NCBI RefSeq assembly: GCF_035594765.1
Contig: NC_085846.1
Location: forward strand, 95,219,190-95,283,189
Direction of reading: 5' to 3'
DNA: 64,000 bases
Source: Anolis carolinensis
Taxonomy: Eukaryota
In this document: positions 12,063 through 26,246 of the stretch, piece after piece
How the letters are laid out: every line of letters begins with the position of its first letter
Numbering within the stretch: the stretch's first letter is position 1
Program-made: the position numbers and the translations under genes
The notes under the pieces: generated by a model
What the model was told of the DNA's origin: nothing
Seen by the model: only the letters and a program-made list of their open reading frames with translations
Database searches by the model: none

Positions 12063-13726
12063 TAAGAATGCCTAGCAGCAAATTTTCAACATTAGCAGAA
12101 ATATTCACTACACTGTAATTCATTATACTGCTCAATGTGATATATTCTGTTCATATCTAGCTGAGCATAACAGTATAGTGAAATCATGAGTGTCTGTGCA
12201 ACCTCTATTCAAATGACACTGAAGAGTTATACGCAAAAAAGCCATCACTAATCTATTTCAGTGGACCATCAACACTATTCTAATTGCTTAATCACAGACT
12301 TGGGAAAGAAGAAACTCAGCCAATCTTAATTATCCAGCCACAGACTCCCAAACACAACCATGATATCTAGAGTATACAGCCATCAATCCTCATTAACGCA
12401 AAATACATGTGCTCCATTAGAAACCTCCAAACACAATCATTACTACCCCAAAAACAAAATGCTCAAAATATTGAGGAAATATGAGTTGTAATCCATAAAT
12501 TTAAGTTTTCTGAGTTCTAGTCAAACATAGGTTTTAGCCAGCTGTTCCCTTCAAAAACGAACAGGGCGAGACTTTCTACTTGATCAAACCACTTCTGCAT
12601 CTGACACACTATGGTTGATTTTGAATGGAAGTAATGCTTCTCAATGACAAACAGAACTGGTCTTCCCCATTCTTACTATCTCCCATAGAATACTAGCCAG
12701 TCAGTAATAACCTTATTGGATTAAACATGTTGGCAAAATTGAATATGTTCAAGACAGCACAACGACAGATGTCATTCCTCTCTCCATCCATTACCTTGTG
12801 CCAGAGGAATTCCGATGGCTACTGCACAATTACTTTAGAAGTCCTTTGCTTCCTTGGTTTGAGTATTGTTGCTGTTTAGACTTTTTAAGAGGCTTGTTTG
12901 TACACAAACCTGAGGTACTTTCCCCAAGTTTCCTAATGTTTCCTCCTGGTTTCTCTGTGGTCCCATTTTGTCTATAATCCTACAAATGCTCTTCCTCTGA
13001 AGAAATTATCATTGTGTGCCTCCAAATCAGGACTGCCAGTAACCACGATCTGAAGACAGACAGTTGTCCTCACTGGATGACCTTCTCACTAGATTGCTGC
13101 ATCATATTATAGTATATTATGCAGAGGTGATTCCATCATTCTCTACAGGTATGAAAATAGTGGGATAGAATGGAAATAAAAAAATACAATTTTTAGAAAA
13201 CTTGGTTTTTCTTCACCCAGCAAAATCTGGCTGGCAAATACACTTGCGCTATGAGCTTGTTAAAAACCCATTCATTTTGTTTTATTATCACTTACAGATT
13301 GTCATTATTTAACTAAAGTAGCAGTTTCATGCTTGCCCAGACCATATGGGTATTTTTGTTAATTGACACTATTGAGTGGTTTAAATCCATCCTTACTAAA
13401 ACAGGCAGATGAATGGACACATGAGAAATTACATTTGGCAGCAAGGATGATTACATGTGTGTGTTAAAATAAACAGCAATGGACAAGGCTTCCCAAATTC
13501 AGCAAACATTGCTTAACTAGCATTTCCTTAAAAAATTGATATTCCCATTCTTCAGCAACCCTTCCAAGGTCACATGTAGTTGTTTGTTTGTTTGTTTATT
13601 AGTTTAATATATACCCCACTGTTCTCCCATATGGAACACAAAGCAGCTTATATTGTAGGCTAAAACAATATAGCTGAAAGAACTGGAATACAAAATCTAA
13701 GAAAACATTAAACAACCCTCCACTTA

Positions 13727-14047
13727 AGTAAAGGTAAAGGTTTTCCCCTGACGTTAAGTCCAGTCGTGACCGACTCTGGGGGTTGGTGCTCATCTCCATT
13801 TCTAAGCCGAAGAGCCGGCGTTGTCCGTAGACACCTCCAAGGTCATGTGGCCGACATGACTGCATGGAGCGCCGTTACCTTCCCGCCAGAGCGGTACCTA
13901 TTGATCTACTCACATTTGCATGTTTTTGAACTGCTAGGTTGGCAGAAGCAGGAGCTTACAGCAGGTGCTCATTCCACTCCCAGGATTTGAACCTGGCACC
14001 TTTTGGTCTGCAAGTTCAGCAGTTCAGTGCTTTAACACACTGTGCCA
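13727..14047 (-). mobile_element. Sauria SINE, near full length, young
   Basis: Most of the head, full core and tail, with CpGs retained; CCACTTA on both flanks. Confidence 0.95.
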
Positions 14048-16975
14048 CCACTTACAAATACTGATTTAAAACAGTTAATGTATTGCATATTAAAACAAGA
14101 GACAGTGTGGTGTAGCGGTTTGATTGTTGGTGTATGACTGAACACTAGGGTTTGAATTCTTGTTAGGCCACAAAAACCCACTGGGCAACTATTGATCCTC
14201 TTCCATTGGAAGGGGAACCTGGAAAGCTTTGATTTGCATCCTTAAAACTTCTAGGAAAGTATTGGAAAAGCAAGCAGCTACTTATTTCTCAGCAGCTCTA
14301 AGCAAACTCCACTTCAGCTAAGCACTGGATGAAGCTGGTATTAACAATTATCTGGCTGCTAGTCAATAAAAAAATACCTGGCAAGCTTGTATTGCTTTTT
14401 CCTTGCAGAAAAATCTAATGTCATTCCAAACATCTCTAATTCATCCATCCCTTCAGTCTCTACTCTCTTCTGCCCCACCCCCACCTCCTCCTCAGTATTC
14501 TTTTCGGTGCTTTTCTTCCCAGGCATATCCTCTCTTTGCACATTCCTCCCCATTTCCCAATTATTCCATATTGAATTGTCCTGTGCCCCAACATTTTTTC
14601 AGGCTACACCAGCTCTCCTTTATTTCAGGACCTACCGATTTTGTGTTTCTGTAGGTAGTGCCCTCTTTCATCACCACTCTATTATAGCAACCCTGGAAAA
14701 GTCACATAATCCGACCTCTAGAAAATCCTGTCATACAGTTATCTTAGAGTTGTTGTTGTTGTTGTTGCCCCTGGAAGGCATGCAACAACAACAATAATAT
14801 TAAAGCTAGTATACTTGTTGAATTACCCCAAACAGTTAAAAGCTAGAGGTCTATTTAAACAAGAGAACAAAGAAGGAAGCAATCAAGCCTTTCTTGGAAG
14901 AGTATTACATAGCCTGGGATCAGCCACTGAGAAGACTGTGTCCTGAGTCCTCAACAGATATATCAGATGAAGCCTCCAGAAATTCCATTTAAATGAGGCA
15001 TTATGCCATTAAAGTTCTGCAAAACAAAACAAAACAAAGGGCTGGCTGGGGTATGGAATAGAGGGTCCTCAACATGAAAAGTCCTCCTCCCAGAACCTAA
15101 TCTTCTTTCTTCTTCATTCACTCAGTCGTTTCCAACTCTATGTGACCTCATGGAGCAGTCAATGACCTCATGGACCTAACCTTCATGTAGATGCAATTCC
15201 CTGCACATCTCACCAAGAAAAAAGCACTCATAGTAGCCACAATTCTACGAGTCACCCACTTTGATGTAAATAAGACATCTACCTGGAACCAAATTAGTAC
15301 AGGAGTCAGTGCTAGGCAACTATCTCTAAGCACATGCTTGACAGCAATAGCTTATTTGTTACATATGTCAGAGATCCTGCTGTAACAGCATCACAGATAC
15401 CTATATATAAAAATGCCTGCATGTAATAACCCTTGTGATTGCAGCATTTGACTTCAGGTGTAATCCTCTGAAGAACAAGCTAAAGAGAATTTTCATACAT
15501 CAAGGTGAAATGAGGGCAAATTCTTCTTCTTCAACTATTCAAGAAGACCAGATAAGGAACATTTAGCTACTTGCTTCTAGCTAGAAGGCAAATAAAGAAA
15601 GAAAAAATAGATGATGCTACAGCAATTGGGATTGAAAGATGGGTGCTAACTAAGAACAGTATGACTTCAGTATCTGTATCCACTACAGAAAAATATGACC
15701 TTTCTGGGCATTTTCTATGTCCTCTAGATCAATTCTATGGGTATTATTGGACAAGAAGTTCTTTGTTTCAATAGGATTTGCTATTTTTGCTGTTTAATAT
15801 ATCACACAAAGTTCACAAATGTATCACCTAGATATGGGGGATTGAGCTGCAAATATACAGACCTCCTGGAGACTCTTTACAAATTGCAGAAAATGCAACA
15901 AACTGCTTCTCTATTAATTGAGCTGGAGATTTGCACACTATTCTTTCCTCTTCCCATCGAAGTGGAAAACTTTTCATCCTCATCTCCCTCCTGGAAATGG
16001 TCCACAAGAACTGGAAATTTAGGGCAAGCTTCAGGATCTGGCAAACTTTGATGCAAAGTTTATTCTTGTATTTCTTAATAAATGCAAAATGTTTTTGAAA
16101 ATTATTTATACAAAAAACACTGAAGAAAGACATTCATGTTAAAATGGCCTTCCACCTTTCAAAGATGCTCTCTAGACAAAGCTGCTCCATATGAAAACAT
16201 ACTGTAGATCCACGTCTAAAAGTAAAATGTCCATGGCTTCCCCATTTTTCAGACAGAAGTCCTTTCTGGACGTGCATTCTCTCTTAGCCACAGTCGAAAG
16301 TACTACGGCCAAAGTCACAAGAAAAAATAAGATTGACCTGGGAATGCACTGGAAATGGTATTCCAAAGTGCAGCATTCCAAACCACCATTCACCACAAGA
16401 ACGTCAGCGCCTTGAAATTTTCAGCAAGCTCGTTGCAATGTAAGTAAACCTTCAGTCCTCTGGAATCTCCCTCCACATTGCTAAATTATTGATGGTTCTT
16501 TAAAAAGCTGCTCAGATGCACTATGTGCTATTTATAATGGGGAAAAGAGTAAACCAAAACAAGAATTCAGCACCTCTCTACTGTCATTCTGCTGTCAAGC
16601 ACAATGTATGTGAGTGCCACTTTTAGAACAAAGTTAGACAAAGTGAACTGGGAATTACAGAGATTTCCAAGCAAAGCAAATTACATTGAAAACTATCTCT
16701 GGTGATGCGCAAACCGATGTTTTAAACTTTAACAATGATCTTATGCATATCTACTTAGTTATGAAATTAAGTAGGACAAGCTCTCAGGTGTATAGGGATA
16801 GGTCTGAAAACTTAATTTTTTGGAATATGACTCTCACAGTCTTTTGAAGTTCAACTTTTGGACTACAACTTCAGCTGTCTATATAATGACTGCAGTAGTC
16901 AAAAATCTTAACATCTTCAAGTGTTGATCCATATCTATATCCTAATCTAATTACTTAATTAGATAACAACACAGA

Positions 16976-17246
16976 CAGGCATGTAGCCGGGGGGGGGGGG
17001 GGGGGGGCTTGAGGGGCTTAAGCCCCCCCCCCCCCGAAATTCTCAGGATGGTCCACGAGAAGGCCTAACATTTATTATTTAAACTGTTATGTTTATTCAT
17101 ATCATGATCTGATCACCATGCTCAATATATCCCATATGCATGGGGGGTATTGGGATAATGATACAAAAGGTTTGCTAGGGTAGATCCTCTCTCACTCAGA
17201 CTCAGCCCCCCCCCCCCCCCGAATCAAAATCCTGGCTATGGGCCTG
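16976..17246. mobile_element. hAT-type MITE with long G/C runs
   Basis: TIRs CAGGCATGTAGCCGGG / CCTGGCTATGGGCCTG; 8-bp TSD AACACAGA at 16968-16975 and 17247-17254. Confidence 0.88.
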
Positions 17247-17751
17247 AACACAGAGAAAGCCTCCTTCGGCATGACCAAGTGGAAATGATGGCTGAAGGTA
17301 TTTCTTTTTATAAGCCATAATTCATAAACCAATCCCAAACCCTGATTTGCAAATCTGGATTGTGAAAAATTAGAAATCAGAGAATGAGCTATGTGCACCA
17401 ACACGCAATTCGTTCCACAAAATCTTCCCATTCCATGTAAACACAGTCATTGATTAGTCCTTCCAGTCAAAAACATACATTATTATTTTTTCTTTGGATG
17501 AACCAGAAAAGAATGAACAAAAAAGCAAAGCCAATTACACTGATATTGTGCTCAAACAGCCCCAAAATCTATTTTCTTCTCTTATGTGACTTTAAATACA
17601 TGTGTGTGATAATATGTATAGGTTATGCACATGTGATTTTATGGAACAGTACCACAAGAAAAAGTGCAAGTGCCATAGCATAATAGAGCTTGCATGTTCC
17701 TTTATCTCTCCAAGTGAGGTAAAGAGACTAAAGACCCTTTCACACAATATA

Positions 17752-18717
17752 GGGCACTTCCAGACAGCATCAAATCACAGGTTTTCTATGAGGAGCAAAA
17801 AAAACCTGGGATGTGAGAGCAGGTCTGCACACAGACCTGTTAGTCCCTGGATTTCTGCCTGCGATGTTCAGACTTTCTGCTTCATTATGGGATTTTGAAG
17901 CCTACAAGGCTACAAGAAATTTTGGCGTTTAAAAAAAAAAAAAACCTTAAATGCACAGATGCAAATATGTGTATTGTTCATATGAGTTTTGTTCTTGGAT
18001 CATACATATCTGCCCCCCATTGTTTTTGTCCTGAAAATATGTTGAAAGTTGTCTAGAGAGAGAAAACTTTGTCTTAGCAAGAGAAACTTCATTTTCCACA
18101 CATTTAATGAAATTTGTGGAGTAGGACCACTATTTTCAAGGTCAGGACTACTCTATTAAACATGAACTGACACTTTCAAGCCAGGAACAAAACTCCATCA
18201 TTATTATTATCATTCAGCAGCTGCATGACCATCTGTCCAAACAGGTTTGGTCATGTACTTGTGCCTGGGAACAACAGGGTGATGTTCCTGGGTTATACCT
18301 GTCTGTTCCTCATTGCTTTTATCATAAAAACATGGGGGAAATGATTACATGGCAAAACCGTTGTTTGTGTGTCACAAACTTCATTAAACCTGTGGAAGAT
18401 TAAGTTTTTCTTGCCAGGATAAAGTTTTCGCCCTCTAGTCAACTGTTGCCATGATTTTAGGATACAACCAATCAGGAACTGACATGTATAACCCGGGAAC
18501 AAACCAACATAAAAAATCCCGTATTTTCTGAGTGTAGGGATATAAAGAGATTTGAATATCCACATTTTCCGGACAGAAACGGAATATTCTCGCGACTGAA
18601 AAACTCGTGTTTTTAGCGCTTTGTAGCGATTCTCCCATGTTTTCAGAGGACGTTGTTTGGCCAACCTCCATTTTGAACCAGGAGCTCCTGAAATAAAGGT
18701 ACTGTGTGGGTGCGCCC
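17752..18717. mobile_element. Candidate Harbinger-type non-autonomous element
   Basis: Imperfect TIRs GGGCACTTCCAGACAG / reverse complement GGGCGCACCCACACAG; ATA on both flanks. Confidence 0.45.
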
Positions 18718-20344
18718 ATAATGTCAATGCTATGATTCCACTTCAGCTATCATGGTCTCAGCCTATGGATTTGCAGGGAGGGATATTTAGAATTCTCAGC
18801 CATACAGTTCAAATGCCTCCTTGGGTCCCATACTGTGAGAAAGGCAGGGTATAATAAATTAAAGAAATAAAGGGGGAAATCCCTTCCCAGAATGTAAATG
18901 CCAGCATTCCACAGGATGCAGCCATGGCAGTTAAAATGGAATCCCTGTACTATAATTGCGTATTATAAAATGGCCCTAGAGCTAGGAGCACCCAACCCGT
19001 CAAGGTAAAAAAAAAATCAAAAGATAAGCAAAGAATCTTATCTTGAAGCTAGAGATACCCTAATTCCCTTCTTTGAAGGGTCAGAAAAGTGAATTCGAAC
19101 AAATCTGTCCTTTGCTGATTGATGGCACAATTGTTGCCTTCTCATTTTTATTGAAATAGAATAGTCTTCATTTCAATATAGAGATGAAGCGAGAACAGGT
19201 GGGGATGGGAGGAGAGAAATGGAGGAGTCATATCAACAGCAGATTGAATGTTGGCTTGCATGCACATACACAGACACACACACATCCTTGAGCTTGCCTT
19301 GTTGTCACAGAGACAGGCTATAAATATCAGCATAAATAAATGATACGCTCCGGGTGAAGGCACCAGGATGATTGGAATCGTGGGCAGGTCCTATGATGTA
19401 CTCTACCTAGATGTTACACTCACAAGGGCAAAATCAGCTGATCTGGGTGGGAAAGATCTTAAGATCAAGGCTATTCTTAGCCAGAGTAACTGCACCCTTC
19501 TATTTATACAGGCCCTGGCTTCCCCCCTAGGCAGGTCTTAAAAGAAAAGCTAGAAACGATTGTTCCCAAGAGCAGAATCCAAAATAGACTTGACTACACA
19601 TCTTATACGCCAAGAACAGTTGAAAAAAGGATATTCAAATCACCTATCTGCTAAAAATGCAAATCCAAAGGAGTCAGAAACACTGTGTTTCAACACATAA
19701 TGTTATAGTGAAAATGCAGATGTCTAGCCATATAACTGCAAAAATTCAGAAGTGTCTAATAATCCCAGGGATACAGATGAATGCATTACAGCATCTTGTC
19801 TTACTGTGGTAGAGGACCTTCTACCTATTTCTGTTACAACAATCAACAAATACAACTCATTGGTTTTCAGATGCAGACGTTGGAAAGTTAATTTTTAAAA
19901 CGAATTCATTATTTTTTTTAAATGATGGAGCTATATAAACAAATGATAATAAATAATAATGTGACTTGCTCGGAAGTCCCAAAGAATAAATTACTACTGT
20001 TAACCTTAGTGCATGTGTCTATCACATTACTTTTTATTATTCTTTTATATTTTACTTGCAAAAATAACCCTTAGGTTAGATAATAGAATGGCATAAAACT
20101 TTAAAATGTCTTTAAAACATCTAAAAATACTCTTAAAATGTCTAAAAATACAGTTACATTTTGCAAAAACATTACTCATCACACCAAAAAAGAGCCATCA
20201 TTTCCACACGTTCCCTTTGAAATGTAATTTCTCTATGTCCTTATTTCCAAAAAAGGGAACAAAATAATGAATTGCAGCTAGTAGGCTCTTAGGAATTGTG
20301 GGAGTTGAAGTCCAAAACACCTGGTGGGACCAAGTTTGCCCATG

Positions 20345-20560
20345 CCTGATCTATACTGTGTAGAATTAATGAAGTTTGATACCACTTTAACAGCACTCGC
20401 TCAATGCTATGGAATCCTGGGGTTTGCATTTTTGGTGAGGTACTAGCACTCTGACTAAACACCATGCAAAACTACAGCTCTCATAATTCCATAACATTGA
20501 GCCATAGCAGTTAAAAGTGGTGTCAAACTCCACTAATTCTACAGTGTAGAAGATGCACCC
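20345..20560. mobile_element. Old palindromic MITE (related fragments at ~6510-6655, ~18720-18975 and ~46540-46685)
   Basis: Inverted arms GTAGAATTAATGAAGTTTGATACCACTTTAAC / GTTAAAAGTGGTGTCAAACTCCACTAATTCTAC. Confidence 0.65.
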
Positions 20561-21010
20561 CAAGTTCTGTTCAAACTACAGTGCAATGCTACGTATTGCT
20601 GAAAAGAATAATGAGTAGAGTTAAATAAACAGCAGCAGTAGGCACAAAGAGCAAGAAAGAACCATTTTAGAAACGAAATAACAAAATGGAAGAATTACAG
20701 GAAGGACAGTGGCAGCCAAAAGGGGTTCTTTTGGTGACATATCGGTGCAGAAAGACCTGCTGCCAGTTTTAACAATCAATCCCGAATTAATCATGTGCAT
20801 TTTAAAAAGTGGCAACAGATAAGTATTGTAAATTATAGCCAAAGACGCCAGAGAACATAGCTGCACTTCTACCACTTAATGAAAATATTTATTTACTTAA
20901 AACATTTATAGTCCGCCCTTCTCACCCCGAAGGGAACTCAAGGCGGAGAACATATATACGGCAAATGCTCCATGCCGGGACATAAAATAATTATTATAAA
21001 TATACACATA

Positions 21011-21317
21011 CAGTGGAGTCTCACTTATCCAACGTTCTGGATTATCCAATGCATTTTTGTAGTCAATGTTTTCAATAATTGTGATATTTTGGTGCTAAAT
21101 TCGTAAATACAGTAATTACTACATAGCATTAATGTCTAATGAACTACTTTTTCTGTCCAATTTGTTGTATAACATGATGTTTTGGTGCTTAATTTGTAAA
21201 ATCATAACCTAATTTGATGTTTATTAGGCTTTTTCTTAATCTTGCCTTATTATCCAACATCTTCGCTTATCCAATGTTCTGCCGGCCCGTTTATGTTGGA
21301 TAAGTAAGACTCTACTG
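21011..21317. mobile_element. Tc1/mariner (Tigger/pogo-type) MITE
   Basis: TIR CAGTRGAGTCTCACTTATCCAAC at both ends; TA TSD. Confidence 0.9.
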
Positions 21318-21430
21318 TACATTAAAATTAGTTACATCTACTTTAAAATCAGCTATTTAAACCAACTCAGGACACCATAATACTTTCAGCTCTCCACATG
21401 CACTGAAATTAGCAGCATAGGACACCCATG

Positions 21431-21718
21431 TTTTTTTCATATCAGGAGCAACTTTAGAAACTGCAAGTCTCTTCTGGAGTGAGAGAATGGCCACCTGCAA
21501 GCACGTTGCTCAGGGGATGCCTGGATGTTTTTATGTTTTTACCATCCTTGTGGGAGGCTTCTCTCATGTCCCTGCATGGAGCTGGAGCTGATAAAGGGAG
21601 CTCATCCATGCTCTCCCTAGTGTGGATTCAAACCAGCAGCCTTCATGTCAGCAACCCAACCTTCAAATCATCAGTCCTGCCAGCACAAGGGTTTAACACA
21701 CTGCACCACGGGGGCTCC
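21431..21718 (-). mobile_element. A-tailed tRNA-head SINE
   Basis: Homologous to 8252-8535 and 60803-61068. Confidence 0.88.
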
Positions 21719-23507
21719 AGTAATGTGTTAAGTAGTGCTATATTTTATCGTGTTGTGTCCAAGAGCTGGCTAGACAAGCCAATGCCTTGGCTCTATTTCA
21801 GCGCCAGATTTGCAAGTCTGTTGTCTTTTTCTCATTAGATGGCAGACAATAAACATCTTATTTCCAGAAGTATTTCACCGTCTCCCCAAGAGGTCAAAAA
21901 GCACCTTGAAGATGTGTACATTTCTTATACCATAAGCTTCTTGTTGACCAGGCCCAGTGCTTACACCAGAATAAGCATCTCAGTCTTTAAGCCACCCTTA
22001 GACCCTTTGTTCTTTTTCCTGCAACGGAGTAGCCCAACTGCCCTCCTGGAATCTGGCCCTTGTCTACTAACTGCTAGCCTTTCTGTCTCATGCACTTAAA
22101 TCCACAACCAAAGCTTCGAGGCTGGTTGGGGCACAGCAAAAGGAAAAGCCAAGGAGCACAGCTTGAGTCACATAATAATCAATCATACTTTCTTGAGCCA
22201 AAAGCTTTTATGCCATCATCCAGACAGTTATATTAAATATTTATGCAGAGCAAAAGACAATAGCTCCTCTTTTTTGCTCTTTGTCAGTTTTTTTTTCTCC
22301 CCTGGAAACAAATTCTATCTGTGACGAATCATAGCACCTGAATGTCGTTTCTTTTACATTTGATGCCTTACAATTAATTTTCAATTTGTTTCACATTTCA
22401 TTTCATTCAATTTCTGCACCAGAAATATTTTTCCTACATTTCTCCCATTAGTCAGTTAGTGGAAGATAAAACAAAATGAAAATTAGAAATACAATGTTAT
22501 ATGTGACTGACGAGAAGTACGGTTGGAGTTACACGGAGATAAATGGGTATAGGTTTCAGTGTAATCTGTTTTCTTCTCTTCCCCCCCCCCCCTGCTTTTT
22601 CTCTCTTCTTTCTCATTTGAAACACATTTCCAAAAATGCCTTCTGCAACCTATTTTTAATATAGCAAATGCTTTGGGGATGGGATGAATTAATACCATTT
22701 TCTGCTATTGTTCCATCTTAATTTACTCCAGCAAAGAAAGAAGCAGAGCACAGTGTGGATATTTGACAGCATATTCTTCAAACACCTAGTTAAGTATCCA
22801 AAAAAAATGAAAATGTATTATACCCATACTGATTTATTAAAGTGCTGTTCTATTATGTTCACTTATTTATTACAGTGTTGAATGACTGTCTAGAGAAGCA
22901 ATCCAGAAATATTCATATCCAAGGGGAGTTGACTTCAAGAAGCTGCGAAGTGCTTCTTAAACATATTACCCAAGGCTGTTCTTCAGCAAAACATTGGTTA
23001 CCAGTCCACTGAAAATCCTCGGCTACCGAAATACTTCTCAATGAACAAAGATACTTCAAGGTAAGCCCAAACGCACAGTACAAGGTTTGACAAGAACAAT
23101 AGCAAAAGTTAAATTAAATCTGATCATTTTAATGTCAGTACAGCTTATAGTTGGTTTGTGCAAGTGAAAAAAGGTCTTCCTACCTCCTCTATGGGTAATG
23201 CATATTTAGTAGGTAAAGCACCTGTGGAAAATTCAAGGCTCGCGGGCCAAATGCATCTCACCATGTCATTTTAGGTGGCCCTTCAGATGCTTAGGAATCC
23301 ATTTTGTCATGATTCAATTTATTGGCCTCATCCAGTTCATTACAGCATTCAAATAATGAATCTACATGGTCTCATCTGGCTCTGTTGAAAGCCCAAACTA
23401 ATATCCACTGCACTAGTTTGGACTCTACAAATGAAAGCTCAGATACTTTGACACCAAGACCTTCTGTTTTGACAAAAATCAGATGCCAATCCTGGTTCTT
23501 TGATATA

Positions 23508-23815
23508 CAGTAGAGTCTCACTTATCCAACATAAACGGGCCGGCAGAACGTTGGATAAGCGAATATGTTGGATAATAAGGAGGGATTAAGGAAAAGCCTA
23601 TTAAACATCAAATTAGGTTATGATTTTACAAATAAAGCACCAAAACATCATGTTATGCATCAAATTTGATAGAAAAAGTAGTTCAATATGCAGTAATGCT
23701 ATGTAGTAATTACTGTCTTTACGAATTTAGCACCAAAATATCACGATGTATTGAAAACATTGACTACAAAATTGCGTTGGATAATCCAGAACGTTGGATA
23801 AGCGAGACTCTACTG
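23508..23815. mobile_element. Tc1/mariner MITE, same family as 21011-21317, opposite orientation
   Basis: Same TIRs and TA TSD; internal sequence is the reverse complement of the first copy. Confidence 0.92.
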
Positions 23816-26113
23816 TATTTTTAAAAATCAATATTTTCTCTCATGCTCACATTTTGCTAAATGGCTATGCTAGAATTGCATATTTGAAGAACAAATGGAA
23901 ATGTTTCAATTGAACAATGGTTAATCTCCTTGTCCTCTATGACTTTGGACTGGTAAAGTAGATTGAGTTTTATACTCTTATTTCAGTTCTCCCCAAACCA
24001 CAACACAATCCACATAGGCACTGATCAACTGTCTAGATTTGGCAAATCTCACATACAGCATTTTTCACAACAGATCTCTCCATGTGTGTTGACTGCTTAA
24101 TGGGGTTCTGTGTGATTAAAGAGCTTACACCAGTGCCCTATCAGCAAAGTAGTGTGGTATCTCCCCACCCACTGTCAATCATAAGCTGAGAGCACACATC
24201 TGAGAAGGGAAGGTCTAAGCATGTGGGCCTGTACGAAAAGCCTGATTAGAATTTAAGCCAACACACATACAACCGAATCCGGTGGAGCATAAAGCCAGCT
24301 CTACTAGCCATAACTATGTGTCACCCCCCTGTCCTCCTCTTTATAAATGACATCACCAAGGTTGTAGTCACCCAATGTGGTAACTCATGGTGTCACCTCC
24401 ATAGACCTTCTCCCATACCAGATCCCCACCTTAGTATTTTAAGTAGAGCATTAGAAAATTTGACAAAATCAGCAACTATTAAAGGCCAGCAACAACAAAA
24501 ACAACAACAGTATAAAAACAATTGTTCCGGTGTCTCCCGCTCTGATGGTGCCACTCATTGCGGTTCACACATCCTACACTGCCTTAATTATATCAATGCT
24601 CTTTATTACCTAGTGCTGGGTCATCTTCCTTGGGCATTTAGCAGCTAGGGAAGCACAAATGGTGCCCAGGTTGCTGCTGGATTTTTTCAGCAGCAAGTGA
24701 AATGACACTGACATAATCTTCAAAGGACCATGAGATGGATTCTTGTTTCTTCTTATTCCTGTTGAAACCCAGCCAGCCACTGCTTGGCTTCCCGTACCCT
24801 GTCCTGACTATCCCTGGCCACTAAATGGTTATGGGATGGCAACCTGACACCATATTAGTAAATAAAGATGGCCAATATTAACACCACAGGCTATGTGCAA
24901 CTCCAGCTTTGCATGATTTATTAATATTTTTATACATATAAAGATACAGATGGCTCCCATGGGGCAGACTGGGAGATATTACTAAATTCCTATCAACATT
25001 CACCACTGAATTTGTAGGCTGAAATATATCTAGAAAGCCACGCATTTCCCAACCTGAATGAATTTGCCTCTCCTAGAGTCATCCCTATCCATTTTAGTCC
25101 AAATGCTAACAAGCATACACACAAATGGTTATCGAGTATGGGGACAGCTGTCCAAAAATATAGGCATCTATGTGAAAAGATATAGAATGGCACATCTGGC
25201 AAGGTCTTTTAAGTTAAAATATAAAATATAAGGATGATCTTTCAAGTTTGGTTGCTCAAGCTATTTGGAGTCAGAAATCTTTACAAGAAACACAGAACAA
25301 ACATCCTCCTTTATCACACAGAGTGTTGCCTCAGATGTCAGTACTGCTTTCCCTTTTGGAGCAAAATAAAAGAGAGGGAACAGAATGGGGTCACTAGATA
25401 AATTTGGTTTCAGCTGTGTTTGGGCATTTATTTTCCAACACTAACAATACTATTACCCCCTAGCCAGTTTTACAAAAACTATATTCAGGCTCATTCAGCA
25501 ACAGTCAGGTTCATTCATTGTAAGGATTTGAGAGGGGGGGGGAATGTACCACCAACATCACCCACATGACTTGCTTCATTTTTGTAATACCAAAATAATT
25601 AGTTGGTTAGTTATCTGGATGCACCTGTGATAAGAATTTAATACAAGAATGCACAATTTTGCCAGAGTTAGAAATCAAATGCTGACCCATCACGGACCAC
25701 ACCAGAAATGGCAAAAACTATTTTAAAACAGAAAAAACCCTGAGGGAGCTCAACATCTACATCAAGTTCTGATTTTGCAAATGGCAGTTTGAAAGCTTGG
25801 GGTAATGACCTATTTATGAAAAATAAATACCACTCCTGGCAGTCTCCAGAACACTTAGAAAAGCTTTTCAAAATAATCTCATTAGAGTGGGCATCAAAGA
25901 GAGTGTCTGGTGGCAACACTCATGCCAGGATGTGGTGAATCCATTCCAGGTTTTGACTACTATTAAGAGAGCTCTCCGTGGTTCTGAACCTTTTTAGAGC
26001 TAATGTGTCACCCCTTGCAATGGGTTAATCTACTCCCTGACATGAGAACCACCATTTGAAGGGTTGCATCAGGCCACACCTCTGTTTTCTAACAGAAAGG
26101 TGTTTAACTAATA

Positions 26114-26246
26114 TGGTTGTTCTCAATTTGGGTCCCCAGATATTTTGGCCTTCAACTCCCAGAAATCCTAAGAGCTGGTAAAGTGACTGGGATTTCTGGG
26201 AGTTGTAGGCCAAAACACCAGGGGACCCACAGGTTGAGAACCACTG
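26114..26246. mobile_element. Palindromic hAT-type MITE
   Basis: Arms GGGTCCCCAGATATTTTGGCCTTCAACTCCCAGAAATCC / GGATTTCTGGGAGTTGTAGGCCAAAACACCAGGGGACCC; CTAATA on both flanks; half copy at ~49222-49288. Confidence 0.8.

Noticed and set aside
12796-12872. Possible extra minus-strand exon (AG...AAG|gtaatg)
   Set aside because: Weak polypyrimidine tract, stops in all three frames and no ADAM22 similarity.
16418-16447. Plus-strand microexon-like pattern ttttcag|15 nt|gtaagt
   Set aside because: It is antisense to the host gene with no other supporting exons; such patterns are expected by chance.
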